A DNA stretch of 64,000 nucleotides from Callorhinchus milii. Its lineage: Eukaryota. Location: the NCBI RefSeq assembly GCF_018977255.1, contig NW_024704742.1, forward strand, positions 21,640,001 to 21,704,000, given 5' to 3'. Below are positions 35,506 through 48,202 of this stretch, piece by piece; the first letter of the stretch is position 1, and every line of letters begins with the position of its first letter. The notes under the pieces are model-generated. The model was given only the letters and a program-made list of their open reading frames with translations, did not search any database and was not told where the DNA came from. Position numbers and translations under genes: made by a program.

Positions 35506-37671
35506 AGTAGACAGCAAGATAATGTAGCACAGCACTACATCAATGCATTGTGTAGTGTGGTAAGAATCAAGTTTATGTCCATGAGTCGCCAAGAAGCTGG
35601 TTCCTTATCCCTAATAGAAGGAACTATTGAGGCAAAGCTACGTGCTTCCCCACCAAGAGAGAAGAATGAGTAGAGAGGGGGTTGCTCTTGTGCATATCTA
35701 GTGACTAGTTACAGTGAATTATTACAGGAGATCTAAGAGCAAGTTATTTGATTATCCTCTTGACTATGGAATGGTGCATTAAATTGTGCATAAAACAATT
35801 AAAATACCCCCAATAAGATTCTTTCCTTTGTTATAGATTATTGGGAATGGGCACAGTCCACTCTGTGAATCAATGTGAATATTTTCAAACATATGTAAGA
35901 AACAAGTACAATGTTTCACTCTACTTTAGCTGAATGTTGAAATGTATCTTAATGTATCAGGTACTTGATTACTTTTTCAAATCTTGTCTTAAGAGTTATG
36001 CACGTTATCTAAGTGCTTTTGTACAGTAGTTAGAGAATTGGTGCCCTTACCAATAAGTATTGCACATCTTTGATCAGAAAAATACACCAGAAACAAAACT
36101 ATGCAGAAGAGGTGGCCTTGCAGTCATACTAGTTCAGTATAAGAGCAGGTAGTGATGCAGAGCTCTGTCGTTTCAAGCTTCAAAGCAATGCTAGGGGATT
36201 GTAGAAGCTCAGCATTTTACTGCTCCTGAAAATGTTGGCGATTGGTTCAATATAGAAAGAGGATCTCAGCATTGATGCGTCACCTCAATAGCATTTTTTT
36301 TAATGTTTATCATTCTTGACAAGACATTTCCTCTTGCCAATCTTTGTATTGCTTTCGAGAACACAGATACTGGGCATGCTGGGTCTATGGATCAGATTGT
36401 GTATCTACAGAATCTACACTGGAACACTGATATATCACCTCAGTAACTTGAGAACATTTTCTTGCCTTTCACAAAAAAACTGATGGTGGTTGTGGAGGAT
36501 GAACTGGTTCTCATCAAGCTCTTGGTTGGTTGTATTTGATGTGTTAAGAACTACCTTTGCTCATAGTCTCTCCATTTGACACTTATGTGAGTTTAGTACT
36601 TCAATAGATATTAATGCCAATGTGTGTTGTAAAACAAATTAATGGCTAGGGTGAGCGTGACATTTTGCGCTAATTTGCAACTTTACATCGTTGCTGTACC
36701 ATTGCAATGTACTTTGTTTTGGGGGGCACCATGGCAGAGTGCATCAGATCTGCAAATATAGTCGAAGTACAAGCCAATAAATATTTGGAAGAAATTATTT
36801 CAATATCAAAATTCAATAGAAATACAGAGGAATATAAATTGAGAGACGCGGGAAAGCAACGATTACAGATTCAGCCGTACACTTTTTCATTGAGAAGGCA
36901 GTCGAAAAAAAGTGGCATAGAGGATTATTTGACAAAATGGATACAAGCTTCCAAGGCAGTTGCCTTCTTCCAAATATGGGTGGAAATAGTCTCAGAAATA
37001 AATGCCGCCTCACAGGCCTGAAATTCCATCTGGTCTTTGACCATTTTTCCTTAGACATAATGTTGCCCAGATCAACAGAAAAAAAAATTCTTTTTAAAAA
37101 AACATTCTTAATTTGGAAGCTGTTTCTTGTTAAGAATTAAGGACTCCCTCCTTACAAATTAAGATTGAATTGATGAATGTTCGAATGTTCCGTTTTTAAA
37201 TTTTAAGACAAAGTAATCTTGCAGGCTAAGACTAGATGGACTTTCATGCCACACATACCAGAAGAACTGACAAATTGAATTATTGAATTAATGAATTTTA
37301 ATAGTGCCGTATCATGTTAAAACTTCGCAATGTGTCTCTTGAGTAATTACTGTCAGGTGCCTGTTTTTCTAGACAAATGCAATGACAGGGGGACTTGGCA
37401 AGGAAACTATCTGTTTCATCAGGTTCCCAATTCATCTTTTATCTACCTGATTTTTCCAGTTCTTCAAAGGCCTGAATGTTTAATTACAAATGTCCAATAA
37501 AATAGCTGGAATGTGCAATCTAAAGGATTTTAATCATGATTCGGTGTAGCTTATGGTGAGACACCATGTCTGTATTTATTTTAAGAACCTAACAAATCAT
37601 TTCATTTGTCTATTTATACGTAACTTAATCAACAATTTGTTTCAAGTGAAGGGATCACTTTGTTTTAACTT

Positions 37672-38092
37672 AATTATAATAATCCTTGCGTTTCATATAG
37701 CACCTTATCGTTGAGACTCCTTAAAGCACGTCACAGGATATACTGTAAAGTGGATTGACTGTGTAATTTGTGGCACCAATTGAGCACAGCAATATCCCAC
37801 AAACAGCCACAGAGTGAGTGACCAATTTTATTTGGGGAATTGTTGGCCAAGATACCAGAAGAAACTCCCTTCTCTTTTCGAATAGTGCCATGGGATCTTT
37901 AACCATCACCTGAACAGACAGATGGGACCTCGGTTTAATATCTCATATGAATGTCGGCACCTCCGACAATACAACATCCCCCAGCACTGCATTGGAGTAT
38001 TAGCTTAGACTATGTGATATCAAGTCCTGACATGGGGCTTGAACCCACAACCTTCTGACTCAGGGACGAGAGCGCTACCACTGAGCCAGGCT
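37672..38092 (-). mobile_element. Full-length Deu-domain SINE
   Basis: Reverse complement of the 18483 type, head to tail. Confidence 0.88.
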
Positions 38093-39649
38093 GCCCCATG
38101 TCTAAATGGCGCCATACAAATAAAAAAAATTCTGACACAGTTTTATCCTCTTTATTGTTTTATTTTTAAATTGCTTAAGCAGAGTCCTTTGCTAAACAGG
38201 GTTGGTGTGCTAAGTGGTTTCTAGCCCCCAAGTGTGCATTGAAAAGTGCAGCAGCTTGAAAAAGGGGCCTCTCCAGTAATACAAAAGAGATGCACACAGA
38301 TCAGAAATCAGACTAACTGAAACCATCCCGAGGAAAAGTGCTGTGGCTTGCCTTCACAAGGTGGAGACAGTAAAAATATGCTTACTGGTTTCACAAGCCC
38401 AGACTGGAGAACAGACACATTCCCTCAAATGTCTTACCAAAAACAAAACACACCACCCATGCTTGAAAAGCCAGGGTTGTAAAAACGCTTCTTAGAAAAG
38501 CAGAAAGAGATAGCATTACTGGCGCCTCGCTGCTGAAAAAAGCACTTTGTGACATAAACTGCAACTTCTGCAGGAAAAGCCATGTACATCATGCAGACGC
38601 ACGATACCTTGGCTCCAACCCAAGATCATCTAAGATGTGCGGTGTTGTGAATCAGAGGTACATGAAATCGTCTGCTTCAGTGTACTTTGCATCATAAGAT
38701 GAGCTTTATGACCGTGAGGCGCCAGTAACTCTATGACTTTGCCGAGGAACACTAGTTTTCCAATTCCACTGTGACATAACTTATTCCTTATCATGGGACA
38801 GTGCTATGACAATATCCCAAAAGTGCAACATACATAACCTGTTCTAGAATCAGGTCATCACGAATGTCTCAAGTAGCCACAATGAACGTTTTGGATACAG
38901 TTTTCTCATATATCTTCCAAATCAATGTCACTCCCTGCAAAGTACACCAAAATCCATCAAGGATAATCAGAAAGCTATATATTTAACAGGAAGCAAAGAA
39001 TTGGCAGGCTTTTTTTCACAACTGTATTGCTAGCTACCCTTGTGAGATACAAATATCTGAAACACATCTTTAAACCTCAGAATTGTCTGTATTGTCAGTC
39101 ATGCAGCAAGGACATATTTCTCTTGGGCTAAAGTTTGTGGATAGGGATGGGAGTGGAGACATGAGCTTCAGGTCATAAACTTGTATCACCTGCCAGATGA
39201 AAAGCTATAAATATGTTATAGTTTCTCATCTGGCAGGATCCTGGAAGACACAGGAACAGGATGATAGTAAGACATGATATTACTTCCCAATCAGCCAGGC
39301 AACAGGCAAAGCTGCACTCTCAAACTGTCTGCATCAGATAATTGCGACAGTAGGAAGGAGTCAAGGCAGCAACCAAGGAAATTAGCAAACACGTACTTGA
39401 TAGCATCTCAGACTTCACGTAGCACCTGGGTATATTCATTCAATAAAACACTTCCCAGCTTCTCAAAACAATCCAACTGAATCAATTGGAGTGATTCTTC
39501 CACCATCAGAAATCAGAAAGAACTCTGCAGACAAGTGCATCAAAATTCTATGCAGTATTTATTCATTTACGTCTATGCTTGTATCTCTGTAGCCTTAAGT
39601 ACTTTGTGAACTAGATATTTATCCAGTTCTTGCTCCATCCCACATATAT

Positions 39650-39955
39650 TCTGTTCTGCTGGAACTTCTCTGATCTTCAGTTTCACTTGAGGTTTGTTAG
39701 TGTTTTTTGTTGTTTCACCTAGCCTTGAAATCAGAGCTTAAGTCAAATAACCCACCTACCTCCACATTATTCATGTTCTTCATTATTTAAAGAAAATAAA
39801 TTATCATTTCCCAGTTCAGTCATCTTTTCCTCATTGAGAACACTTTCAAATCTTATCAGTTTCTCCTCATATACTAATCTTTTCTAAACCTTCTTCAGAC
39901 TGTCGACTTCATTTTGAAGGTGAGAAGCCCAAAACTGTCGACAATGTCCCAAATA
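39650..39955 (-). mobile_element. Old CR1 ORF2 fragment
   Basis: cttttcctcattgagaa...tcagtttctcctcata...gcccaaaactg...caatgtcccaaa, reverse of the CR1 RT C-terminal region. Confidence 0.5.
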
Positions 39956-41334
39956 GAAAAGGATCACAGGGCAACCAAAGAGGAAAGGAAAACAAGCAGA
40001 AGACAGAGAGAACAGAGAGAAAATAACGTGTGAGAATGATTTAAGAAACAGAATAGGGAAGTGGAGGAATTGACCGAGAAAACATTCTTATAATTTAAAA
40101 TAATGCACTAAAAAAGGAAACTGAGTAAGAAGGTAAAGAAATAAAATGCCAAGTAATACAGTAACACCGTAACATAAGGGAGCTATTTGAGACTGACGAT
40201 CAAAGAATTTTAGTTTGTTTCAGCTTTCCATATTTGTCTTGAAATAATCAATTATGGTTTGAGACGATAGGTGGCAAAAAAGCTGTTGCTTCAGCTAAGG
40301 ATCTTTATTGGATGAATTTCTTGCACAGAACTTCAATGTTTGACTGAAGTATCATCATAATAACAAACCTTTCATGTAATTTAACTCCTTGTACGTCACA
40401 ACCTTCTGACTCCGGGGTGAGAATGTTACCTTACGTCTGCTCAACTGAGCCAGGCTGACAATTGACGCATGCAGTTACAAATAATATGTTTAGGTTTTCT
40501 ATTTTAGTAACTTAATGTTGTCCTCTCTAATACACCTCAAGATATTACTTTCCATAGTGTGTTTTTGTCCTTGTAGCATGCCATGTTTTGCTATTTCCAG
40601 GTTTACATAAATTGTGAGAGATCAAAACACAACGCTTCTTAAAGGTAGTGAGCAAATCCAAACTCCTGCACAGGATGAAACCAGGCCCATGAATGCTATC
40701 TGAACTTATATAAGTATCACAGAGTGTGGAATGTGTTTCAAGGAGGTGACACATCTCACGGTTCAGCTGATGTTGATAGACTGTTAAAAATGGTTTGCGG
40801 TGTTACCTGGACTCCTCGAAGTATTACTGCTTTGTAACACATACCAGCCTTCGTGTTGTTCCATATGTAACTCTCTCCTGGTTTTTATACAGAATTGTAC
40901 TATCAGATATATTTGGGACTTTGCCATACTATATCCCATGCTGGATTTCAGTCAAGTTTTACTCATCCATAAATGTGGTCATGCATTTAGGCATAGAAAG
41001 TATGGTACTTGGCAGTGCACAATACTTCAGATTTGATTTAAAGCTACATAGCTTAACAATTTTTTTATTCTATTCTGGGAATACTCACTGAATTATGGAT
41101 TGCTCTAAAGGTGCGGGTCATGTTATTACCTTAAATCGTTAGTGTTGGCCAAGCTATCCAGAAATGGCATCTTTTCAAGAAGTTAAAAAAGTTTTTCAAA
41201 ACTTCTTGAAGATCCAGCAGGATTTACGAATTTTCTCAGTGGGTGACTGATTTAGTGCAACCGAACCAGAGCCCCACTATTTTCCCTTTCTTTTTCCCCC
41301 CAAAAATGTAAACTGTTTACTCGGTGTGTTTATT

Positions 41335-41545
41335 CTGCCCCCGCTCTATGGAATTCTATCTCGGACTCCCTCCAACTCGTTCCCTCACTCTCCTCTTTCA
41401 AGACACGTCTCAAAACATATCTCTTTGACCACGCTTTCAATCATCTTTCCCTTCCCCAACCCACCTTCGACTCCCAGCTCGAGTACCCATCCAGCATTGC
41501 TAAGCGTTTTAAGATGTCCTCCAACTAAAAGGTTAAATTACATTT
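41335..41545 (+). mobile_element. L2 3' end fragment
   Basis: ctatggaattct...ttcaagacacgtctcaaaacatatctctttgac...taagcgtttt. Confidence 0.55.
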
Positions 41546-41719
41546 GAAAAGAACAGGGTTTGCAGTGTCACCTGAACTCCTCAATGATTTACTGCTTTGT
41601 AATACATACCAGCCTTTGTGTTCTATATATTGTATTACATTGTTTACAAACACATAAAGCTAAGTATCAAGCAGAATTATTATGATCATTATTGTAGCTG
41701 TGTATAGACAATACAATAG

Positions 41720-42215
41720 CCAGGTTTCTATTTACTGCTAGGTAAACAGAGGCGTGTGGAGTAATAATAATAATAATCATTGCATTTGATATAGCGCTTT
41801 TCATGTCTTCTAGACGTCTCAAAGCGCTTCACAGAATATACTGAATAAAAGTGAATTGACTGTATATTTGTGGGCGAAACGCGGCAGCCAATTGCGCACA
41901 GCAGTGTCCCACAAACAGTCATGGATTGAGTCATTATTATTATTATATATTTTTTTAAGGATTATTAAGAGGTTATTTTCCACTGCAGATCTCGACAGTA
42001 TCACAATAAAGTGTGTCCTCTCACCATTCCAGTCATTCTCCCTGATTTGAGAAAAACGGACATTTATAATTGATTTCAGCCGCTCAAAAAGAACAATCTC
42101 CAAATAAACAGGTCAATATAATGTAAGGAAACTTGCCTAACGTTTCGCCCCGTCCGGGAATCAAACCCAGGTCCTCCCGCTTGCGAGGCAAGCACCTAAC
42201 CACTACACTACAGAT
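41720..42215 (-). mobile_element. Interrupted/nested CORE-like SINE
   Basis: CORE-like part, then tail+Deu segment, then unique DNA, then the head. Confidence 0.7.
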
Positions 42216-42649
42216 CTCCATAATAGAGGGTATTATTCAGTTATCAAGATCAAGCTATAAAATCAATTCCTCCTGTTGAAATAGATTTGAACTTCAATAA
42301 ATCGTGCTCTGCACATGATAGAATATAGTTGCACACTGTTGCACCCGAATGTGCTTCAAAGATAGTGGAATTTGACTTAACTTTCATCTTCACAGATAAG
42401 GAGCTTGGCATCATGTATCATATTCATTAAGTTATTTTAGGAAATACCTTCCAAGATTTATATAGAAAATAATAAGTGCCTATGATTATACAACATGTCA
42501 GAGTCAAACTACTACCAGTCTGCTGCTCAATGTCATTAGCGTCACATTGCAAGATTTACCACTTACTGCTATTACTTCAAGTTTATTTATTAAATGCAAT
42601 GGTAATTGCTAAGTATATTCTGCGGCCCCACTGTTAATTAACTTTGAGT

Positions 42650-43025
42650 TCTCATCCCTTCCTCACCAAATCTGCAAGTCTTTTTAAATATATTGGCTCA
42701 TACTGGGCTGTGATTCCATGGGTACCTTGCTAAAGTGACTATTATTTACATATCAGCCTAGACAGAATGTCGGCAAGTTTTGCAACCGTGGAGGTGGGGT
42801 ATTGCAGCCAAGTTTAATCCTGGTCTCAGCCAAGCAGGGGTCATTGGATAGACAAGAGACGTGAATGAACTAGGCTGATTTTCTTCCCACTCCCTAGTTC
42901 AGTGCAACAGAAAACAGGTTGGGAATCTGTGTTCATTCCAGCTCCCACCCCCAGCTCGAACCTGAACCTGGGACGTTCCTGGCCTGGCTGGCTGGATTCC
43001 TTAGCTCCGCCAGCTGAGCTATTGT
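42650..43025 (-). mobile_element. Old SINE of the third family
   Basis: Minus-strand head agctcagctgg...caggttcgag; body similar to 16435-16750. Confidence 0.6.
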
Positions 43026-43446
43026 AGAGCCTCTTTTTGTATGAATAATGACAAATAATGAAGTCACAAAGGATTTCTGAAATATTTTACACCTTTATAT
43101 TAATAAGGAACATTTATAAACATTAAGCTTTGTTTGTGGATATATTATAAATTAAGCAATTAAATATATTATTGTAGTTATATTATATAACTATGGTTTA
43201 GAGATTTAAGTAAAAGAATGGAAGAATGCTAATTTGTGCTGTTAAGGATGGGCGTAATCTGTCTTGTGGAAGGGAGCACTTTGCCATTTCAGGCGATCAC
43301 AGTTCAGCCATAGCCCCATCTTAGATAACATTAAAACTTTTTCTACCTCTGATTAACACTCTTCAATTCTCCATTGTTACTTCTTTATTAAGGAAATCTG
43401 ATTTATCAAACAAATACGCAGTTGAAACTGGCCCTGCAAAGGTTAT

Positions 43447-43815
43447 TAATAATAATAATAATCCTTGCATTTGATATAGCACCTTATCACTCTTTGAGGT
43501 GTCTCAAGGCAAGTGAATTGACTGTATATTTTGTGGGCGAAATGTGGCAACGAATTGTGCACAACAGTTTCCCACAGTCTGTAGATTGAGTGACCAAATC
43601 ATTATTTTATTTTTTTATGGGCTTGTTATCCCCGGAAAAGCTATCCGCCAATCAACTAACAACCGGGTTCCTACTTACTGCTAGGTAAACAGAGGCGTGT
43701 GGAGTAAGGAAACTTGCCCAACGTTTTGCCCTGCCCAGGAATAACCCAGGTCCTCTCGTTTGTGAGGCAAGTGCTCTAACCACTAAGTGCTCTAACCACT
43801 AAGCTGCAGGACTCC
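43447..43815 (-). mobile_element. CORE-like SINE, long form
   Basis: Tail, Deu part, ctaggtaaacagaggcgtgtggagtaaggaaacttgccc, head with a 16-bp tandem duplication aagtgctctaaccact. Confidence 0.88.
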
Positions 43816-45313
43816 AGAAGGTTTGTTTCAATAAGATTTGTTCCAGTCACCAATGGATGAAATATTCACTGTTTGCTTGTCACTGTTTTCTTAATGAAGT
43901 TTAGCATCATTTGCTCTTTGGCAAAAGCATGCTAGAGCAGTTTCACTGGGGAGGTCTCTGCACTATCTCTTCATCAGTTAGTCGACTGTTTGTGGTTGAA
44001 ATAATCATGACAGCAATTATAAGTAGCTTGAAACCCTGTGTCATAAAGCCTGTTTTTTTCTGTTGGAGATTGTAGCTGATAAGAAATACTATAGACTGAA
44101 ATTGTGCAAAATGTTAGTGCTTATGTCAAGTTGCTACTTCTGGCTGTTTATTGGAAAGATCTTTGCATCAACAAAACATTATCTTGTCGCAAAGTTTATG
44201 GACGATCCATCAAGATTCCAAGAGTCAGAGGATTCTGTTTTATCATGTTATGTGCACGTGCTTAGAAGTTAATGTACCATATTTCCCCCCCAGTAGAGTC
44301 CCAAGGTACCAATTAGCAAAACTTATTCCAAAATAATGCTCTGTTTAGAAATCATGTTCAGTGTGGGTGTTCCATGAAATTCCACACCACACATCCCTCA
44401 ATTTTGCATTCCAGTTTTTAGAAAACCAGTTCTTATTTTGCATCATCGCATATTGATTTGGTAGATCATGTTGTACTGCATGCCGATCATTACATTGCAC
44501 ATGATTAAACATGAGCTAAACACACAAACTATTTTCAACGCACCTCTTTGCTGATTTACAGTGCTTCACATTTGTCAGTGAATCGACGCGCACCTGGCAA
44601 CAAATTGTCAACAAATGTTTAGAATAAGAAGGGCGCTGAGCTGACATAAATCGGGCCTCAGTCCCTCTCCTGTTACCATCTTGAGGCCTTGGTAGCAAGA
44701 AGTCTTGCTTCTGCTATTATTAAAAGAGCCATTCACATGACTGGCTCTTTAATAAATTTTAAGGGCCCATTTAGTAGCTGAGATGGAATCTATTGGCACT
44801 CGTTGCGTTTATGCTGCAGTGAAGCAAAATGAATTGCTGCCGAAAACACCTCTTCAAGGTGGTCTTGGCTGTAGAGCTCCATTGTGATCAACCTTCCAAT
44901 TTATATTGCCATGAAAAGCTCAGTATAAATGCAGCATAAATTCCTACCAGAAGTGAATTTTGTTGCCCCAGCACAAACTGGGTCCAACACCATCAAACTC
45001 TCAAACCCCCATTGAGACTGAGTTAAAACTCCACTTGGCCATAAATGTTGACACTATAAATTGAATCCACACAGCCTTCAGTGCTGGCTCGTCTATAACC
45101 AGTAAACTCCAGCCTTTCCCTCGCCCGCTCATCCAACACATACATGTCCTCATGCGCTCTAAGCGCTCGGAGACCCTACCCCCGCTTGAAGGGTGCAAAA
45201 AAAGTGCAAGTTGTTGTCGTATCTTTAAAAATTACTTTTTTCATCTTCATAACTTGGAGTAACGTGGAGTCCCCCTTAGCATAGTGGTGTGGAAGCCTAC
45301 AGTGTAATGCTCT

Positions 45314-45667
45314 GGAGTCCCGTAGCATAGTGGTTAGCGCGCTCACCTCGTAAGCTAGAGGATCCGGGTTCAATTCCCACGTGGGCCGAAAACTTAGCCA
45401 AGTTTCCTTACTCCACACTCTTCTGTTTACCTAGCTGTAAATAGGAGATGCGCAGATCACTTTCCGGGAGTAATAGTCTCTTCAAAAATAAATGTGGTCA
45501 CTCAATCCACGACTGTTTGCAGGACACTGCTGTGTGCAATTGGCTCCTACATTTCGCCCACACAATACACCATCAATCCACTTTACAATTGATTCTGTGA
45601 TGCACTTTGAGACGTCTCAACAGCATGATAAGGCACTATGTCAAAATCCAAGGATTATTATTATTAT
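45314..45667 (+). mobile_element. CORE-like SINE
   Basis: ggagtcccgtagcatagtggttagcg...gggttcaattcc...caagtttccttactccacac...aggattattattatt. Confidence 0.85.
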
Positions 45668-45689
45668 AACTTCACTCCCTCCTGATTGC

Positions 45690-46050
45690 TCTGACAATAC
45701 CTCCTATCCCCTATCTCTCTAACCCCTCTCCCCATTGCAGTACCCGCTGCCTCTGCTCTATTGGGTCCAGCCTTCTCCGTGTCCCCCGAATCCTCTGCTC
45801 CACCAGTAAACTCCAGCCTTTCCCTCGCCCGCTCATCCAACACATACATGTCCTCGTGCGTTGGTGGCCGTACCTTTAGCCACTATGCCCCGAAACTTTG
45901 GAACTCCCTCCCTCAACCCCTTCACCTTCCCCATCTTCAGGTCGCGCCTGAAGACCTTCCTTTTCGACCGCACCTACAGTCACCTTCCCCCTCCCCCTGG
46001 CTCAGCCTTGGGCTCCACCAATGCTATATAAGTGCAAGTTGTTGTTGTTA
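45690..46050 (+). mobile_element. L2 3' end fragment
   Basis: VGGRTFSHYAPKLWNSLPQPL in ORF 45761; tail tatataagtgcaagttgttgttg. Confidence 0.75.
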
Positions 46051-46297
46051 TTGGAGCGTGCAACTGTCAATGAAACATCCCAAGTGTAAAAAAAGATGAA
46101 TTACAAATGTGTATGCCAATTTTTTTAGATGTGCGATGTTTTCTTAAGCATTACTAACAGCTAATATAAACAAAGCTTACTATCAGCTTTTGTAGTTGGA
46201 GGTTATATGGATAATTAAAGTCTGAAATCAATGCATAATCCACGGAAAATATGGTGCTGTGCAATTCAGGAGCTCAAAATATCATAAATAATAAAAA

Positions 46298-46350
46298 AAA
46301 CAAAATACTGCAGATGCTGGAAATCTGGAAATAAAAACAGAAGTCGCTGG
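46298..46350. mobile_element. Penelope-like terminal fragment
   Basis: caaaatactgcagatgctggaaatct...acagaagtcgctgg, also at 60577. Confidence 0.6.
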
Positions 46351-46683
46351 GAACACTCGCTGGGAACACTAATTATTTATTATCTTAAATAATAATTTGT
46401 TTTTGCACCTTAAAATGTTGTCAAGACGTCTCAAAGTGCTTCACTGGATATGCTGTAAAGTGACTGTGTAAACTGTCCTATGCTGCTAGATTTAAAACTA
46501 TGTCTTAACATTTAAGATTAGAAGAATTTTGAAAAGGAGTGTTAATACTATCTTAATTTGGAAATTGATTTTCCAAAAAGAACTGCAGAAAATCAGCTTT
46601 TCATTTGACACTTAATTAAAACTGTTTTCTAATATTCTGCAAGACTATGAATTTTCAGAAAATGGGTTAGAAATTCTATCAGG

Positions 46684-47108
46684 TGTCAGCCTGGCTCAGT
46701 TAGTAGCACTCTCACTTCTGAGTCAGAAGGTTGTGGATTCAAGCCACATGATAGACTTTGAAGTCTAGCTGACACTCCAAAGCAGTGTTGTGGGAGCACT
46801 GCATTGGTGAAGGTGCCGTCCTTCAGATGAGACATTAAAAAACAAGGTCCTGTCTGCTTGTTCAGGTAGAAGTTAAAGATCCCATGGCTCTACTCAAAAA
46901 GAGAAGAGAGTTTCTCCCGGTGTCTGGACAACAATCTCCCAGATAAAATTGGTCATTTACTTCATCAGCTGTTTGTGGGACATTGCTGTATATAAATTGG
47001 CTGCTGTGTTTGTCTACAAATATACAGTCACTACCCTCCACATTGAAGTTCTGTGAAGTGCTTCGAGTCATCCTCCCAACATACAAGACGCAATACCAAA
47101 TGCAAGAA
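46684..47108 (+). mobile_element. Full-length Deu-domain SINE
   Basis: gtcagcctggctcagttagtagcactctc...tctgagtcagaaggttgtgg...gatcccatggc...aaatgcaag. Confidence 0.85.
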
Positions 47109-47761
47109 GTTACCTGGATCTAGATTTACTCTATTTATGTAGCATTTCAAAGCGTGCAGAATTTGGCAAATTCTTAAGTTACGGATTAGTTTTGAACCCA
47201 GAATTCTGTTATTTTAAAAATTCCAGAAACTTGAAAGTTGAGACCAAATGCATCAATTTGCCAAATTTTGGATCTTCTAAAATGCTATGTTAATAGAGTA
47301 AATTCAGGTGGAATTTTACACCCAATTGACCTTAAACCCAAGAATATGAGAAACTTTAGGAGGGAGAAATTGTCTGTGAAGGGATGAAAGCTAGACTTAA
47401 ATATGGAAATATGAGGATAGATGAATTTTCTGTAGTTTTTGCTTGATTACATTTCCATATGTAATTATTTGTGCAAGAAATATTATCCTAACCTTACTTA
47501 ATCTTTCAATAATGCTTTTTTGGCAACAGTGCAAAGTGGGAAGAATCTTTAGCTCCCAGTAATTAGTAATTAGTCTGCTCTCAGTCAGGTTGGCTGCTCT
47601 CAATCAGCATTGTCTTGGAGTTGTCTTCACAGATCCTTAAATGAAGTGCTAAATTGAGGAATAATGATCAATGTGGCATATAGCAAGATTACAGGTAAGC
47701 TCTAATAACTGGCTCCGGGATAACTAGTCACTCACTTAATATCCCGGCTATTCGAGTACTT

Positions 47762-48088
47762 GGAGTCCTGTAGCTTAGTGGTTAAAGCACTTGCCTTGCA
47801 AGCAAGAGGAGCTGGGTTAGATTCCCAGACAGGCTGAAACGTTGGGCAAGTTCCCTTACTCCACATGCCTCTGTTTACCTAGCAGTAAGTAGGAACCTAG
47901 TTGTTATCCAAAAATAAATGCGGTCACTCAATCCACGACTGTTTATGGGATATCGTTATGCTCAATTGGCTGCCACATATCACCCACAAAATATACAGTC
48001 AATTCATTTTACAGTATACTCTGTGAAGCGCTTTGAGATGTCTCGAAGACATGATAAGGCGCTATATCAAATGCAAGGATTATTATTA
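47762..48088 (+). mobile_element. CORE-like SINE
   Basis: ggagtcctgtagcttagtggtt...ttgggcaagttcccttactcc...gctatatcaaatgcaaggattatt. Confidence 0.88.
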
Positions 48089-48202
48089 CATTGTACTTTT
48101 GAGACGTACATTGGATAACTAGTCAACTCTGATAAGTAGTCATTTGAGCTATTTCCCTTGGGGTGATAAATTTACTGTGGAGTGAAAGTCCTGTGGAGTT
48201 GT

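Noticed and set aside
36707..37021. 104-aa intronic ORF
   Set aside because: No recognisable homology or splice context; length within chance range
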